Below are positions 1 to 10,694 of a DNA stretch of 64,000 nucleotides, piece by piece. The DNA lies in assembly GCA_047614245.1 (NCBI GenBank), contig JBLHIC010000001.1, positions 33,784 to 97,783 on the forward strand, given 5' to 3'. Both the position numbers and the translations under genes were made by a program. Position 1 is the first letter of the stretch. Each line of letters begins with the position of its first letter. The notes below the pieces were generated by a model. That model was not told where the DNA came from and ran no database searches. It saw nothing but the letters and a program-made list of their open reading frames with translations. The stretch comes from Flavobacteriaceae bacterium (GTDB taxonomy: Bacteria > Bacteroidota > Bacteroidia > Flavobacteriales > Flavobacteriaceae).

Positions 1-544
1 CAGCTTTTTCTTCTGCATCCTTTTTCTCATCCCTATCTCTTCCCCTTCTTGGACGAGCCATTGAAAAATCACTTGGATTCACCTTTTTAATAGCCGTAGC
101 TTTGAAAACTATATACTGCCCTATCTGTTTCGATTCTTTTAGAAGCTCCCACTTCAATGCCTGTATCGTATCTTTTACCAAAAATTGCTTTCCGAAGAAT
201 TCATTTTCTTCTATAAGCTCCTTAGTGGTCAAATTTTTATATTGTGCCCCCGGAGTGAAACTACCCATCATCATTCGAAAGCCAGGGTTCGTGCCTCCTG
301 TTTGCAACTTTTCTTCTTCTTTATAAATCGATTCGGTATTTGAAAAGGTAAGAACGTAGGTTTTTTCTAGCATGCTTTTCATTCGCTCCGCTATCATTTT
401 TTTTCTATCTTCCGACATTTGCCCCCCTCCAAAACCATCCAAGTCCACGGTAGTTTTAGATTTATAATAGGCTTGTCCATTAATGCTTTGGGCAAAAGAA
501 GTTAACGAGAACAGAATCATAGCAGTAATGTAAAAAAGCTTCAT
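1..544 (-). CDS. GLPGLI family protein (partial; 3' end runs off the window)
   Basis: Manual translation from ATG at 544: MKLFYITAMILFSLTSFAQSINGQAYYKSKTTVD...EEEKL...KQFLVKD...W.LLKESKQIGQY.VFKATA. Signal peptide plus a GLPGLI-family-like pattern; the GLPGLI motif itself lies outside the window. Confidence 0.8.
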   Translation of the reverse strand, partial: MKLFYITAMILFSLTSFAQSINGQAYYKSKTTVDLDGFGGGQMSEDRKKMIAERMKSMLEKTYVLTFSNTESIYKEEEKLQTGGTNPGFRMMMGSFTPGAQYKNLTTKELIEENEFFGKQFLVKDTIQALKWELLKESKQIGQYIVFKATAIKKVNPSDFSMARPRRGRDRDEKKDAEEKA

Positions 545-789
545 AGTTTTATTTTTAAGAAGATTATATAGATAATTGCACTAACTTAATAAGACTGGCA
601 AAATCAAATTAAGTTTAATGTCATTTAAAAAATTAAATAATGATGGAAATATTAAAATCATTAAGGTCTGTGGGTATGGTTAAAAGGTAACATACTAGCC
701 CAAAGAAGCGGGCGGTTGTTTCAAGTCTTTGAAATATCCTAAAAAAATATCGCCCTATACCTAGCGTGCTTTTTGTATCTTGCTCCAAA

Positions 790-1587
790 ATGAAAAGTAT
801 CCTTCTATTATTTCTTTTTGTTGCGTTTCAACTTAATGCACAAGAGTTTGAATTCGTTTCATCTACTGAGTTTAACGCAACGACCCTTGTTGGGGTTGAC
901 ACATATAAAAACGTGTATTCTATAAAGGATATGGTACTTTATAAGAAAGGACCTGATGGAAGTTTCACCTTTAATGATTTTCAGCTAGGGAACTTAAGCT
1001 CTGCCGATATTATCAATCCTCTCAAGATAGTACTCTTCTATGAAGATACTAATACGGTTTTACTTCTGGATAATAAACTAAACCTTATTGAGCGTATACA
1101 ATTCAATAATCTCCCTGAATTTATAAATATCAGTAATGCGACGAACGCCGGAAATAGTACACTCTGGATTTTCAATGTAGATTCTCAGCAATTAGAATTG
1201 TACAATTACATTACAAACCTCAAGACTGTATTATCTCAACCTTTCGCTGGTAAATTAATCTCACAAGCAAGTAATTTCAATTATTGTTATATTTTGACCG
1301 AAAATAAACTTCGAAAATTCAATAGATACGGAAGCTTAATTTCTGAATTTCCAATGGTTGGATACGAAAAAATAATTCACAGCCATAAAAACACTATTGC
1401 TCTCAAGGAAAACAGATTATTTTTGCTTGTAAACGATCCATTAAACCGAGAAAATCAAATAATTACGCCTATAAATATCGCTATCTCCGAAAACAAGATA
1501 AAAGACTTGTACCTTACTGAGGATTTCCTGTATATTTATGACGGTAAAAATTTACACACCTTTTCATACAAATCATCTAAGCAGTAA
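790..1587 (+). CDS. Secreted hypothetical protein (beta-rich, possibly beta-propeller)
   Basis: ORF 766..1587; ATG at 790 gives the signal peptide MKSILLLFLFVAFQLNAQ; DIINPLKIVLFY segment; lies 5 bp before dNK. Confidence 0.7.
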   Translation: MKSILLLFLFVAFQLNAQEFEFVSSTEFNATTLVGVDTYKNVYSIKDMVLYKKGPDGSFTFNDFQLGNLSSADIINPLKIVLFYEDTNTVLLLDNKLNLIERIQFNNLPEFINISNATNAGNSTLWIFNVDSQQLELYNYITNLKTVLSQPFAGKLISQASNFNYCYILTENKLRKFNRYGSLISEFPMVGYEKIIHSHKNTIALKENRLFLLVNDPLNRENQIITPINIAISENKIKDLYLTEDFLYIYDGKNLHTFSYKSSKQ

Positions 1588-1592
1588 GACTT

Positions 1593-2207
1593 ATGCACGT
1601 TGCAATTGCAGGAAACATTGGCTCAGGAAAAACAACACTAACTCGTTTGTTAGCGAAACATTACAAATGGCAAGCACATTATGAGGACGTCGAAGACAAT
1701 CCATATTTGGACGATTTTTATAATTCGATGGAGCGTTGGTCTTTTAACCTTCAAATTTATTTTCTGAACAGCCGATTCAGACAAATATTGGATATTCGCG
1801 AACAGGGTAAAAAGGTAATTCAGGATCGTACGATTTATGAAGATGCCTATATTTTCGCGCCCAATTTACACGCCATGGGTTTAATGACTAATCGGGACTT
1901 TGAAAATTATAGATCACTTTTCGACCTTATGGAAAGTGTTACCGAGGGCCCCGATTTACTTATCTATCTTAGAAGCTCGATCCCTAATTTAGTAAGTCAG
2001 ATTCACAAACGTGGACGCGAATATGAAAACTCGATCAGTATTGATTACCTAAGTCGGTTAAATGAGCGTTACGAAGCTTGGATTCACGATTATGACAAAG
2101 GCAACATCATCATCTTAGATGTAGACAATCTAGATTTTGTTGATAATCCCGAACATCTAGGGGAAGTTATCAATAGAATTGAGGCAGAATTGAATGGCCT
2201 TTTTTAG
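1593..2207 (+). CDS. Deoxynucleoside kinase
   Basis: P-loop AGNIGSGKTT, QDRTIYED, PDLLIYL and RGREYE motifs of the dNK family. Confidence 0.93.
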   Translation: MHVAIAGNIGSGKTTLTRLLAKHYKWQAHYEDVEDNPYLDDFYNSMERWSFNLQIYFLNSRFRQILDIREQGKKVIQDRTIYEDAYIFAPNLHAMGLMTNRDFENYRSLFDLMESVTEGPDLLIYLRSSIPNLVSQIHKRGREYENSISIDYLSRLNERYEAWIHDYDKGNIIILDVDNLDFVDNPEHLGEVINRIEAELNGLF

Positions 2208-2313
2208 GTCTAACTTCCTGAATTTAAAATCTAATACGACTTTACTTATCAATTTTTTTATGATGAAACTCTTGCTATATTTGCGACGTAATACTTAACA
2301 AAAAACGTTCCTT

Positions 2314-2835
2314 ATGAAATTCTCAAAATTATTTTTAATCGTACTAATGGTTGCTACAATTGTATCGTGTAGTAGTGATGATGACAATGCATCTCCAAAC
2401 GCCGATTTATTGGGCACCTGGAACGCTACTTCTATAACGGGAAGCTCAACAGGAACCACTTTAGATAGCGGGATTACCACATCATTTTCTTCAACGTTGT
2501 CAACGTCAAACATAAACCTTACTAGTACCTTTACTGAAAACCCAAATAATGTTATAAGTCAGGGTACATATAATTCTACTGTGACAATTATGGCTGATGG
2601 TCAAACCACTGTATCTGATGATCCTGACGCAACACTTATAGATAACACTGTATCTTGGACAAGATCAGGAAACTCTCTTGCGCTGTTAAGTGATAGTGGC
2701 GATGCTATCACATATTCAATGGCAATAACAGATAACACGTTAATCTTAACTACGACTGAAACTATTACAGAAGTAAATGGCACGACTACCACAACTTCAA
2801 CTGATATCTTTGAAGCGAGCTATACTAAACAATAA
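2314..2835 (+). CDS. Lipocalin-like lipoprotein
   Basis: Lipobox IVSC followed by SSDDD, LLGTW motif, Thr-rich beta strands. Confidence 0.75.
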   Translation: MKFSKLFLIVLMVATIVSCSSDDDNASPNADLLGTWNATSITGSSTGTTLDSGITTSFSSTLSTSNINLTSTFTENPNNVISQGTYNSTVTIMADGQTTVSDDPDATLIDNTVSWTRSGNSLALLSDSGDAITYSMAITDNTLILTTTETITEVNGTTTTTSTDIFEASYTKQ

Positions 2836-2881
2836 GTATTTCTGAAAAACAAGGATTTCACAAGGTGAGACTGCTAAACAT

Positions 2882-2914
2882 AAAAAGCCTGTCATGAAAA
2901 TGACAGGCTTTTTT
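2882..2914. terminator. Bidirectional intrinsic terminator
   Basis: AAAAAGCCTGTCAT-GAAA-ATGACAGGCTTTTTT between convergent genes. Confidence 0.85.
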
Positions 2915-2968
2915 ATAGTTAGAAAATAAAGAATTAGTTTTCTTTTACTTCTTCAAAAACTTCTTTTA

Positions 2969-5404
2969 TTATTTTTTTACTTTTACGTCTACATCTTTTA
3001 AGGCTTCAACCTGAGCTTTAACTTCTTCTTCAGTTCCTTTAAAGGATTTTGTTTCCGTAGTTGTTTCTCCATCTTTAGTAGTTTCTATAGTAACCACTGC
3101 AACAGACATACCATCTTTTTCAGACATAGAAACTTTAACCTCTCTAGTCACTTCAACAGTTTCAATAATACCACTTTCTGTAATTTCCATTTTTGTACCG
3201 TTCTGGTCTGTTAATGCAACTTCTGTAGAATGACCTCCTAAAATAGGAGCAATCACTAATCCAATTAAACAAGTAAGTTTAATAAGAATGTTCATTGAAG
3301 GCCCAGAAGTATCTTTAAATGGATCTCCAACTGTATCTCCAGTAATTGCTGCTTCGTGCGCTGCAGAACCTTTATGAGTCATTTCTCCATTAATCATTAC
3401 ACCTGCTTCAAAAGATTTTTTAGCATTATCCCAAGCACCACCAGCATTGTTTTGGAAAATTGCCCAAAGCACACCACTTACAGTAACTCCAGCCATATAA
3501 CCACCTAACATTTCAGCAATCATCATATTATCCATTCCAAATATCATAGGAACAAATGTGATAACTAACGGGAATCCAATAGTTAATAAACCTGGCAACA
3601 TCATTTCTTTTAGTGATGCTTTTGTTGAAATTGCAACACATTTATCATATTCTGGTTTCCCAGTCCCTTCCATAATACCTGGAATTTCTTTAAACTGACG
3701 TCTTACTTCATATACCATTTCCATAGCCGCCTTACCTACAGCATTCATTGCCAATGCAGAGAATACTACAGGAACCATTCCTCCAATAAATAACATCGCT
3801 AGAACCGGTGCTTTAAAAATGTTAATCCCATCGATACCTGTAAAAGTAACATAGGCCGCAAAAAGTGCTAATGAAGTTAATGCAGCAGATGCAATAGCAA
3901 AACCTTTACCTGTTGCAGCAGTTGTATTACCAACTGAATCTAATATATCTGTACGTTCTCTTACGATTGGATCTTGTTCGCTCATTTCAGCGATTCCACC
4001 TGCATTATCTGCTATTGGTCCAAAAGCATCAATCGCTAATTGCATAGCCGTTGTAGCCATCATTGCTGATGCTGCCATTGCAACACCATAAAATCCTGCT
4101 AAAGCATAAGAAGACCAAATTGCAGCAGCAAATAAAATTACTGTTGGAAATGTAGAAATCATACCTGTTGCTAAACCTGCAATGATATTTGTACCAGCAC
4201 CTGTAGCCGATTTTTGAACAATATTTAAAATTGGTTTTTTACCTAATCCAGTATAATATTCGGTTACTGCCGATATAACACCACCAACAAATAAACCAAC
4301 TAACGTTGCATAAAATACACGCATTGCAGTGATATCTATTAACCCTTCACCAAAAAAGTGCATTTTCATAGTTTCTGGCAACATATAAATTACTAAAAAA
4401 TAACAAGAAATTGCAACTAAAGCAATTGAAAACCAGTTACCTTTATTTAAGGCACCCATTACTTGAGACTCTTTAGCGTCATTCGATTTTATTTTTACTA
4501 ACATAGTACCTATCATTGAAATGATAATCCCTACACCAGCGATTGACATTGGTAATAAGATTGGCCCTATTCCACCAAAAGCATCATTAATAACTCCACC
4601 CATATCTTTAATGATATAGTTTCCTAAAACCATTGCTGCTAATACTGTTGCTACATACGAACCAAATAAATCTGCACCCATACCTGCAACATCACCAACA
4701 TTATCACCTACGTTATCTGCAATAGTCGCTGGGTTTCTTGGATCATCTTCAGGAATTCCTGCTTCTACTTTACCCACTAAATCTGCACCCACATCTGCTG
4801 CCTTGGTATAAATTCCACCACCAACTCTTGCAAACAATGCGATAGATTCAGCACCTAAAGAAAATCCTGCTAAAGTTTCTAAAACAATAGTCATTTTTTC
4901 TACAGAAAAAGTACCGCTTACTCCACCCATAAAATAGTTGTAGAAAAATATAAAAAACATTGTTAAACCTAAAACTGCTAAACCAGCAACACCTAATCCC
5001 ATTACAGTTCCGCCACCAAAAGATACTTTTAAAGCGTTTGGTAAGCTTGTCTTTGCAGCTTGTGTTGTCCTTACATTGGTTTTAGTAGCTATTTTCATTC
5101 CCATATTTCCTGCCAACGCAGAGAATATTGCTCCTAAAATAAAAGCAATTACGATTAACCAATGTGTTGAAGGAACTACTGTAGAAACAATAAATAGTAA
5201 AACACTTACAACTGCAACAAAAATTGCTAGCAATCTATATTCTGCATTTAAAAATGCTAAAGCACCTTGGTAGATATGATCTGAAATTTCTTTCATTTTG
5301 CCATCACCTGCATCTTGCTTCATCACCCAAGATTTTTTAATTAGCATAAATACTAATCCTATTAATGCCGCAACTATTGGCATATAAATCATCATTGACT
5401 CCAT
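2969..5404 (-). CDS. hppA: Membrane-bound K+-dependent ion-translocating pyrophosphatase (probably H+-pumping subtype)
   Basis: [35 protein letters not shown] and [14 protein letters not shown] motifs; many TM helices. Confidence 0.95.
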   Translation of the reverse strand: MESMMIYMPIVAALIGLVFMLIKKSWVMKQDAGDGKMKEISDHIYQGALAFLNAEYRLLAIFVAVVSVLLFIVSTVVPSTHWLIVIAFILGAIFSALAGNMGMKIATKTNVRTTQAAKTSLPNALKVSFGGGTVMGLGVAGLAVLGLTMFFIFFYNYFMGGVSGTFSVEKMTIVLETLAGFSLGAESIALFARVGGGIYTKAADVGADLVGKVEAGIPEDDPRNPATIADNVGDNVGDVAGMGADLFGSYVATVLAAMVLGNYIIKDMGGVINDAFGGIGPILLPMSIAGVGIIISMIGTMLVKIKSNDAKESQVMGALNKGNWFSIALVAISCYFLVIYMLPETMKMHFFGEGLIDITAMRVFYATLVGLFVGGVISAVTEYYTGLGKKPILNIVQKSATGAGTNIIAGLATGMISTFPTVILFAAAIWSSYALAGFYGVAMAASAMMATTAMQLAIDAFGPIADNAGGIAEMSEQDPIVRERTDILDSVGNTTAATGKGFAIASAALTSLALFAAYVTFTGIDGINIFKAPVLAMLFIGGMVPVVFSALAMNAVGKAAMEMVYEVRRQFKEIPGIMEGTGKPEYDKCVAISTKASLKEMMLPGLLTIGFPLVITFVPMIFGMDNMMIAEMLGGYMAGVTVSGVLWAIFQNNAGGAWDNAKKSFEAGVMINGEMTHKGSAAHEAAITGDTVGDPFKDTSGPSMNILIKLTCLIGLVIAPILGGHSTEVALTDQNGTKMEITESGIIETVEVTREVKVSMSEKDGMSVAVVTIETTKDGETTTETKSFKGTEEEVKAQVEALKDVDVKVKK

Positions 5405-5513
5405 ATTTTTTTTGTTTGATTTTTAGCTGCGCAAAAGTAGGAAAATCATCGGAAACTAAAAAACCCTAATTAATTAGTATAATCAGGGTTTTATTTCTAA
5501 AAACATAACGGGA

Positions 5514-6041
5514 CTAGATAGTGAAATTTCCGCTTGATTTATGTTCGCTAGTTTCATATCGATCAATACACTTATTTAGAATATCATAAGCTTCGGAAGC
5601 ATCGCCCCAGCCACCAACGTCAACGCGCTTTTTCTCTAAATCTTTGTAAACTTGGAAAAAATGCTCTATCTCCTTCACTATATGTGGGTTCACATCTGAA
5701 AGGTCATTCAAACTATTCCAAATTGGATCTGAAACCGGAACACAGATAACTTTTTCATCCGGCCCTTTTTCATCTGCCATATGGAAAACTCCAATGGGCT
5801 TGACCTCCATAACGCACATTGGAAAAGTGGGTTCACCACCCAAAACGAGTACATCCAATGGATCTCCGTCTAAGGCTAATGTTTCAGGAATAAAACCATA
5901 ATCTGCAGGATACATCATAGACGAAAAAAGCATCCTATCGAATCGAATCTTTTTTAACTCAAAATCGTATTCATATTTGTTTCGGCTACCTTTTGGGATT
6001 TCAATTAACACGTCAAAGGTTTGTACTTTATTCTTGTCCAT
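5514..6041 (-). CDS. ppa: Soluble inorganic pyrophosphatase (family I)
   Basis: EIPKGSRNKYE, YGFIPETLALDGDPLDVLV and DEK motifs. Confidence 0.95.
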   Translation of the reverse strand: MDKNKVQTFDVLIEIPKGSRNKYEYDFELKKIRFDRMLFSSMMYPADYGFIPETLALDGDPLDVLVLGGEPTFPMCVMEVKPIGVFHMADEKGPDEKVICVPVSDPIWNSLNDLSDVNPHIVKEIEHFFQVYKDLEKKRVDVGGWGDASEAYDILNKCIDRYETSEHKSSGNFTI

Positions 6042-6161
6042 CTATTTGTATATTAATCCTATTGAATTATTGTTATTTACTGCGAAATCTAATACGCTAT
6101 AGTCTTCGGCTTTCAGCCTTCAAAGATAAAGAAATTGACTAGGTAAATTTTAACAATACCA

Positions 6162-8654
6162 CTAAAAATTAAAACCGAATGTTCCTGTTATTCCGAATTT
6201 TCTAGCCCCAGGATTGTCGAGATAGTTTCCGCGGAAATTAAAATCCAATCTGAAAATTTTAAATATATTTCCAACTCCCACACTATACTCCCAATAAATG
6301 TCTTCAGGAGCGAGATAGACGATATTTGAAGCATTTATAGCAATGTTAGAATCAGATACTTGACCATAGACAGCTCTAAATCCAATTACTTCCCGAAGAT
6401 TTAACTTTCTCAAAACCGGAATTCGCGAGAAAAGCCTTCCTCCGAAATCATGTTGTATATGAAGAGAAGCATAAGTATCACTAACAAACTCATAAAAATC
6501 TAACTGTGAAAAACTGTTATAAAGACTAAAATAAGTTTGATTTCCAGGTATTGGACTCAACAAACTTAAAGGCACATCGCCAAAGGTTTTACCGACTTCA
6601 ATCGTGGTAAACAATCGTCCAAAACCCCCAACATTCCACGGTTGCGTATAAAGCCCCTGTAGCCTTTGGTAATCAAAATCACCTCCTAAAACATCTTTAA
6701 GCCCTGTAGTATAGCCAAGAAACATGCGTGGAAAATCACCGATATTGATTGTGGTTCGTTCTACACCGTAGCCGGATGTTTTCCTGCCTGGAGTGTAAAG
6801 AAAAGCTAATGTTATCTCCGGTTGCTTTATTTCACTTTTAACTTCACCTGTATCAACTCCATTTTCGAATACTTTATAATCCATTATAAAAGTATCGGTC
6901 GCCGATTTTAATCTCCTATAAGAACCGATTAGACTTACATTAAAATTCTTGGCTGGCTCTACTTCAAGACCTATAGTACTGAGGCTAATTCTGGTCAAAC
7001 GATCATTCGCACCAACCGATAATAAGGAAGAAGAAGCCAAGTTTCTGCCAAGCACGTCGTTACTGTTGGTAAGGCTTGCGCCTGTCTGTTCAACATCCCT
7101 CCTGTTACCTCCAAAAACTTTTAATCTTGATCTCCGATCTAACAAATATTTTCCTGAAATTCCATATTTGAAGCGATCATCACTAAAACCATATGCGCCA
7201 AATCCTTCAAGCCGCCAACGATCGTTCTGACCGAAATAGGTCCTGCCCCCCAGCCGAATTCGCATTCCTTCCGCTTCATTATAACCAACCATTGAAAATA
7301 CTGGTCCGAGGTCAAAATTATTAAGCTCATAATATCCGGTGGCTAGAACCGTTCCAACACTATACAGAGTTTTAAACCTTTTAACAGTCTTGAGAGTGTC
7401 AAGCATTCTATAAACACTCTTTTCATCCTTACTCAATTTCTCCAAACGATTTTTTTTCCAAAAGTTATCTGAACGATTATAAACCTCAAATTGATATGGA
7501 TCTACCTGCTCCGCATAGAACTTTTTATCCTTCGGAATGTCAAAAATATAATCATCATAGAGCGTAGTCCTTTTTCCATAGACACCCTTAGCTTCCTCTT
7601 TATTTCCGAAACTGAAGTCACTCATAAAATAATCTCTGTTAATAAGAAAAGTAGAATCGTTAAGTACGTCAAATTCCTGCTCGATATATACTTCGCGTAC
7701 CCAATTCAAATTGGCACTTTTAGATGCCTGAAGATTAATTTCTTTAATCGCCCAAGTTGAGTCATTTACCCAAAAATCTCCTTTAAAGGTTAACTCATTC
7801 TTACGTCGTGGGTAGTATACTATATTATAGCACCATTTATTATCGATATAGGCACTGTCCAATAGCACATAATTATAAACGTCTATCCCAGTCCGTGATA
7901 AAGGACTTGTAAATGCTTTATCAAAAAATTTCAGATAATTGTCATAGACATCATACTCACTATACAAGTCTTTAAGGAAGGCGATTAGGGTATTATTATT
8001 ATCAAATCCTGAATTCTTATTCCCTACTAAGACTTCCTTATGCTGATTCAGCAGATTGTCGCCATAGACTTTGGAAGAAGATTCATTAATAAAAATTGGG
8101 AGGTATGTATTTCCTGTGATCTTGGAAGTATCGGTTTGATCGAAAATAAACTCCATTCCCTTAAACACCCGATTCTTAATAAGTGTACTATCAATGGTAT
8201 TCAAATCAAACTCCAATTTTTCGTACTTGTCATAAGAGTATTGCTTGAACCCTTTAACCCCGTTTTCACGTCGATTTTCCCATATTTTCCTGAGAATATC
8301 AATAGCCGGATTATTCTTCTTTGATTGCTTTCCACTATAAATTACAACTTCATCAAGGGCAGCCGCTTCCTCTTCTAAACTAACGACCATTTTATAGGTG
8401 GTTTTTTGCCCTAAAGCTACATCAAGAGTCTTATAGCCCACAAAGGAAAAAGAAACCGATGCATAATCTTCATCACTTTCTAAATAAAAACGGCCATCTT
8501 CATTGGAAATAGTCCCTTCGTTCGAGTCCTTAAAAATTACATTGGCAAAAGCTACTGGTTCTCCATTGACATCTTTAATCTCTCCACTCACTCTAGTCTG
8601 TGCAAAAAGAACTGTTGTTAAGAAAGTGAAAATTAGAAATAGAAGTTGCTTCAT
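6162..8654 (-). CDS. Outer-membrane protein with N-terminal carboxypeptidase-regulatory-like domain (DUF5686-type)
   Basis: Signal peptide, GEPVAFANV...FSFVGY N-terminal domain, KNNPAIDILRK and YEKLEFDL segments, C-terminal Phe. Confidence 0.8.
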   Translation of the reverse strand: MKQLLFLIFTFLTTVLFAQTRVSGEIKDVNGEPVAFANVIFKDSNEGTISNEDGRFYLESDEDYASVSFSFVGYKTLDVALGQKTTYKMVVSLEEEAAALDEVVIYSGKQSKKNNPAIDILRKIWENRRENGVKGFKQYSYDKYEKLEFDLNTIDSTLIKNRVFKGMEFIFDQTDTSKITGNTYLPIFINESSSKVYGDNLLNQHKEVLVGNKNSGFDNNNTLIAFLKDLYSEYDVYDNYLKFFDKAFTSPLSRTGIDVYNYVLLDSAYIDNKWCYNIVYYPRRKNELTFKGDFWVNDSTWAIKEINLQASKSANLNWVREVYIEQEFDVLNDSTFLINRDYFMSDFSFGNKEEAKGVYGKRTTLYDDYIFDIPKDKKFYAEQVDPYQFEVYNRSDNFWKKNRLEKLSKDEKSVYRMLDTLKTVKRFKTLYSVGTVLATGYYELNNFDLGPVFSMVGYNEAEGMRIRLGGRTYFGQNDRWRLEGFGAYGFSDDRFKYGISGKYLLDRRSRLKVFGGNRRDVEQTGASLTNSNDVLGRNLASSSLLSVGANDRLTRISLSTIGLEVEPAKNFNVSLIGSYRRLKSATDTFIMDYKVFENGVDTGEVKSEIKQPEITLAFLYTPGRKTSGYGVERTTINIGDFPRMFLGYTTGLKDVLGGDFDYQRLQGLYTQPWNVGGFGRLFTTIEVGKTFGDVPLSLLSPIPGNQTYFSLYNSFSQLDFYEFVSDTYASLHIQHDFGGRLFSRIPVLRKLNLREVIGFRAVYGQVSDSNIAINASNIVYLAPEDIYWEYSVGVGNIFKIFRLDFNFRGNYLDNPGARKFGITGTFGFNF

Positions 8655-8723
8655 ATTAATGGGTAACGTAGAAAAAAAAGCTTTGTTTTAATTAATCGCC
8701 TAACAAGAGCAGAAAAGACAGAG

Positions 8724-9713
8724 CTATTTTAACTTGTACATTACCTTTTTAACTGCTTTAACAACATCTTCACTATTTGGCAACCATTCTGCGAACAAAT
8801 GTGGAGAATATGGTGCCGGCGTATCTGCAGTATTAATTTTAATGATCGGTGCATCCAAATAATCGAATATCTGACTTTGAACCTGGTATGTGATTTCTGT
8901 TGAAATATTTCCAAAAGGCCAAGATTCTTCCAAAACAACAAGGCGATTAGTTTTCTTAACAGATTCTAAAATAGCATTGTGATCCATCGGTCTAATCGTT
9001 CGCAAATCGATAACTTCACATTCGATGCCTTCTTTAGCTAGCACATCGGCAGCCTTATAGGCCTCTTTTATTATCTTTCCGAATGAAACAATAGTCACAT
9101 CGTTTCCTTTTCTTTTAATTTCAGCAACTCCCAAAGGAATAAGATATTCTCCTTCTGGCACTTCCCCTTTATCACCATACATTTGCTCACTTTCCATAAA
9201 GATAACTGGATCATTATCCCTAATGGCACTCTTTAAAAGACCTTTAGCATCTGCAGGATTACTAGGCACTACAACTTTTAATCCTGGGCAATTAGCAAAC
9301 CAGCTCTCGAACGACTGTGAATGTGTTGCAGCTAATTGACCAGCCGAAGCAGTTGGCCCTCTAAATACTATGGGGCAATTAAATTGCCCACCTGACATTT
9401 GTCGTATTTTTGCTGCGTTATTTATAATTTGATCAATCCCTACTAATGCGAAATTGAAGGTCATATACTCAACAATAGGTCGATTACCGTTCATTGCAGA
9501 CCCTACAGCTATACCCGTAAAACCAAGTTCGGCAATGGGGGTGTCAATAACTCTTTTAGCTCCAAACTCATCCAACATCCCTTTGCTGGCTTTATAGGCT
9601 CCGTTATATTCAGCAACCTCCTCGCCCATTAAATATATAGTTTCATCACGGCGCATTTCTTCGCTCATCGCTTCGCAAATAGCTTCTCTGAATTGTAAAG
9701 TCTTCATAGGCAT
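8724..9713 (-). CDS. pdhB: Pyruvate dehydrogenase E1 beta subunit
   Basis: GEEVAEYNGAYK, DTPIAELGF, ATHSQ and EVIDLRTIRP motifs. Confidence 0.95.
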   Translation of the reverse strand: MPMKTLQFREAICEAMSEEMRRDETIYLMGEEVAEYNGAYKASKGMLDEFGAKRVIDTPIAELGFTGIAVGSAMNGNRPIVEYMTFNFALVGIDQIINNAAKIRQMSGGQFNCPIVFRGPTASAGQLAATHSQSFESWFANCPGLKVVVPSNPADAKGLLKSAIRDNDPVIFMESEQMYGDKGEVPEGEYLIPLGVAEIKRKGNDVTIVSFGKIIKEAYKAADVLAKEGIECEVIDLRTIRPMDHNAILESVKKTNRLVVLEESWPFGNISTEITYQVQSQIFDYLDAPIIKINTADTPAPYSPHLFAEWLPNSEDVVKAVKKVMYKLK

Positions 9714-9801
9714 TTTAATATATTATTTTCTGAAAAATATTCAGGGGTAACAAAAATACTATTATTTATATGCGTGTTGGTATATTTTTGAAATTTTTAG
9801 C

Positions 9802-9833
9802 GTAAATTTATTATGCAAGCATAATAAATTTAC
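9802..9833. promoter_or_regulatory. Perfect palindromic operator between divergent pdhB and etfBA promoters
   Basis: GTAAATTTATTATGC-AA-GCATAATAAATTTAC (15-bp arms), just upstream of the etfB -7 element TACCTTTG (9846-9853). Confidence 0.7.
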
Positions 9834-9889
9834 AATTTATATCAGTACCTTTGTATGCCAAAAAGTTACTCAAAAAATACTATTTAAAT

Positions 9890-10630
9890 ATGAAAATATT
9901 AGTGTGTATAAGTCACGTGCCGGACACTACTTCAAAAATCAATTTTACAGACGGAGATACCAGATTTGATACAAATGGAGTTCAATTTGTGATTAATCCT
10001 AATGATGAGTTTGGCCTAACTCGTGCTATGTGGTTTAAAGAAAAACAATCTGCGATTGTACATGTTGTAAACGTTGGTGGACCCGAAACCGAACCTACTC
10101 TTCGCAAGGCTTTGGCTATTGGAGCAGATGAAGCAATACGGGTTAATACTTTTGCTACTGATGGGTTTTCTGTAGCGAAGCAATTGGCAAACGTTGTCAA
10201 AGAAGGCGCTTACGACTTGGTTATTGCCGGTCGCGAATCGATCGATTACAATGGTGGGATGGTACCAGGAATGCTTGCAAAATTAATCGGCTCAAACTTC
10301 GTGAATACTTGTATTGGTTTGGAAGTTGAAGGAAATGAAGCTACTGCAATTCGTGAAATCGATGGTGGTAAAGAAACGCTAAGCACCTCCTTACCCCTAG
10401 TAATAGGAGGTCAAAAAGGACTGGTAGAAGAAAGTGACCTGCGCATCCCGAATATGCGTGGCATTATGCAAGCTCGTTCGAAACCATTAACTGTTAAAGA
10501 ACCAATCTCACTAATCCCTGAAACTAGAGCCATATCCTTTGAAAAACCGGAGCCAAAAGGAGCTGTGAAATTAGTAACTAACGTAGATGATCTTATTGCT
10601 TTATTGCATAATGAAGCTAAAGTGATATAA
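9890..10630 (+). CDS. etfB: Electron transfer flavoprotein beta subunit
   Basis: MKILVCISHVPDT start at 9890, INPNDEF, LRKALAIGAD and LRIPNMRGIM motifs. Confidence 0.95.
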   Translation: MKILVCISHVPDTTSKINFTDGDTRFDTNGVQFVINPNDEFGLTRAMWFKEKQSAIVHVVNVGGPETEPTLRKALAIGADEAIRVNTFATDGFSVAKQLANVVKEGAYDLVIAGRESIDYNGGMVPGMLAKLIGSNFVNTCIGLEVEGNEATAIREIDGGKETLSTSLPLVIGGQKGLVEESDLRIPNMRGIMQARSKPLTVKEPISLIPETRAISFEKPEPKGAVKLVTNVDDLIALLHNEAKVI

Positions 10631-10694
10631 ATCAAAAATCCTGATCATTATTCTTGGAACTTGAAGACTCGGGATTGATAATTTTAAATAAATT

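Noticed and set aside
102-326. Short track ORFs overlapping long genes (e.g. 102..326, 15107..15499, 42735..43205, 57473..58003)
   Set aside because: Antisense or alternate-frame shadows of well-supported genes.
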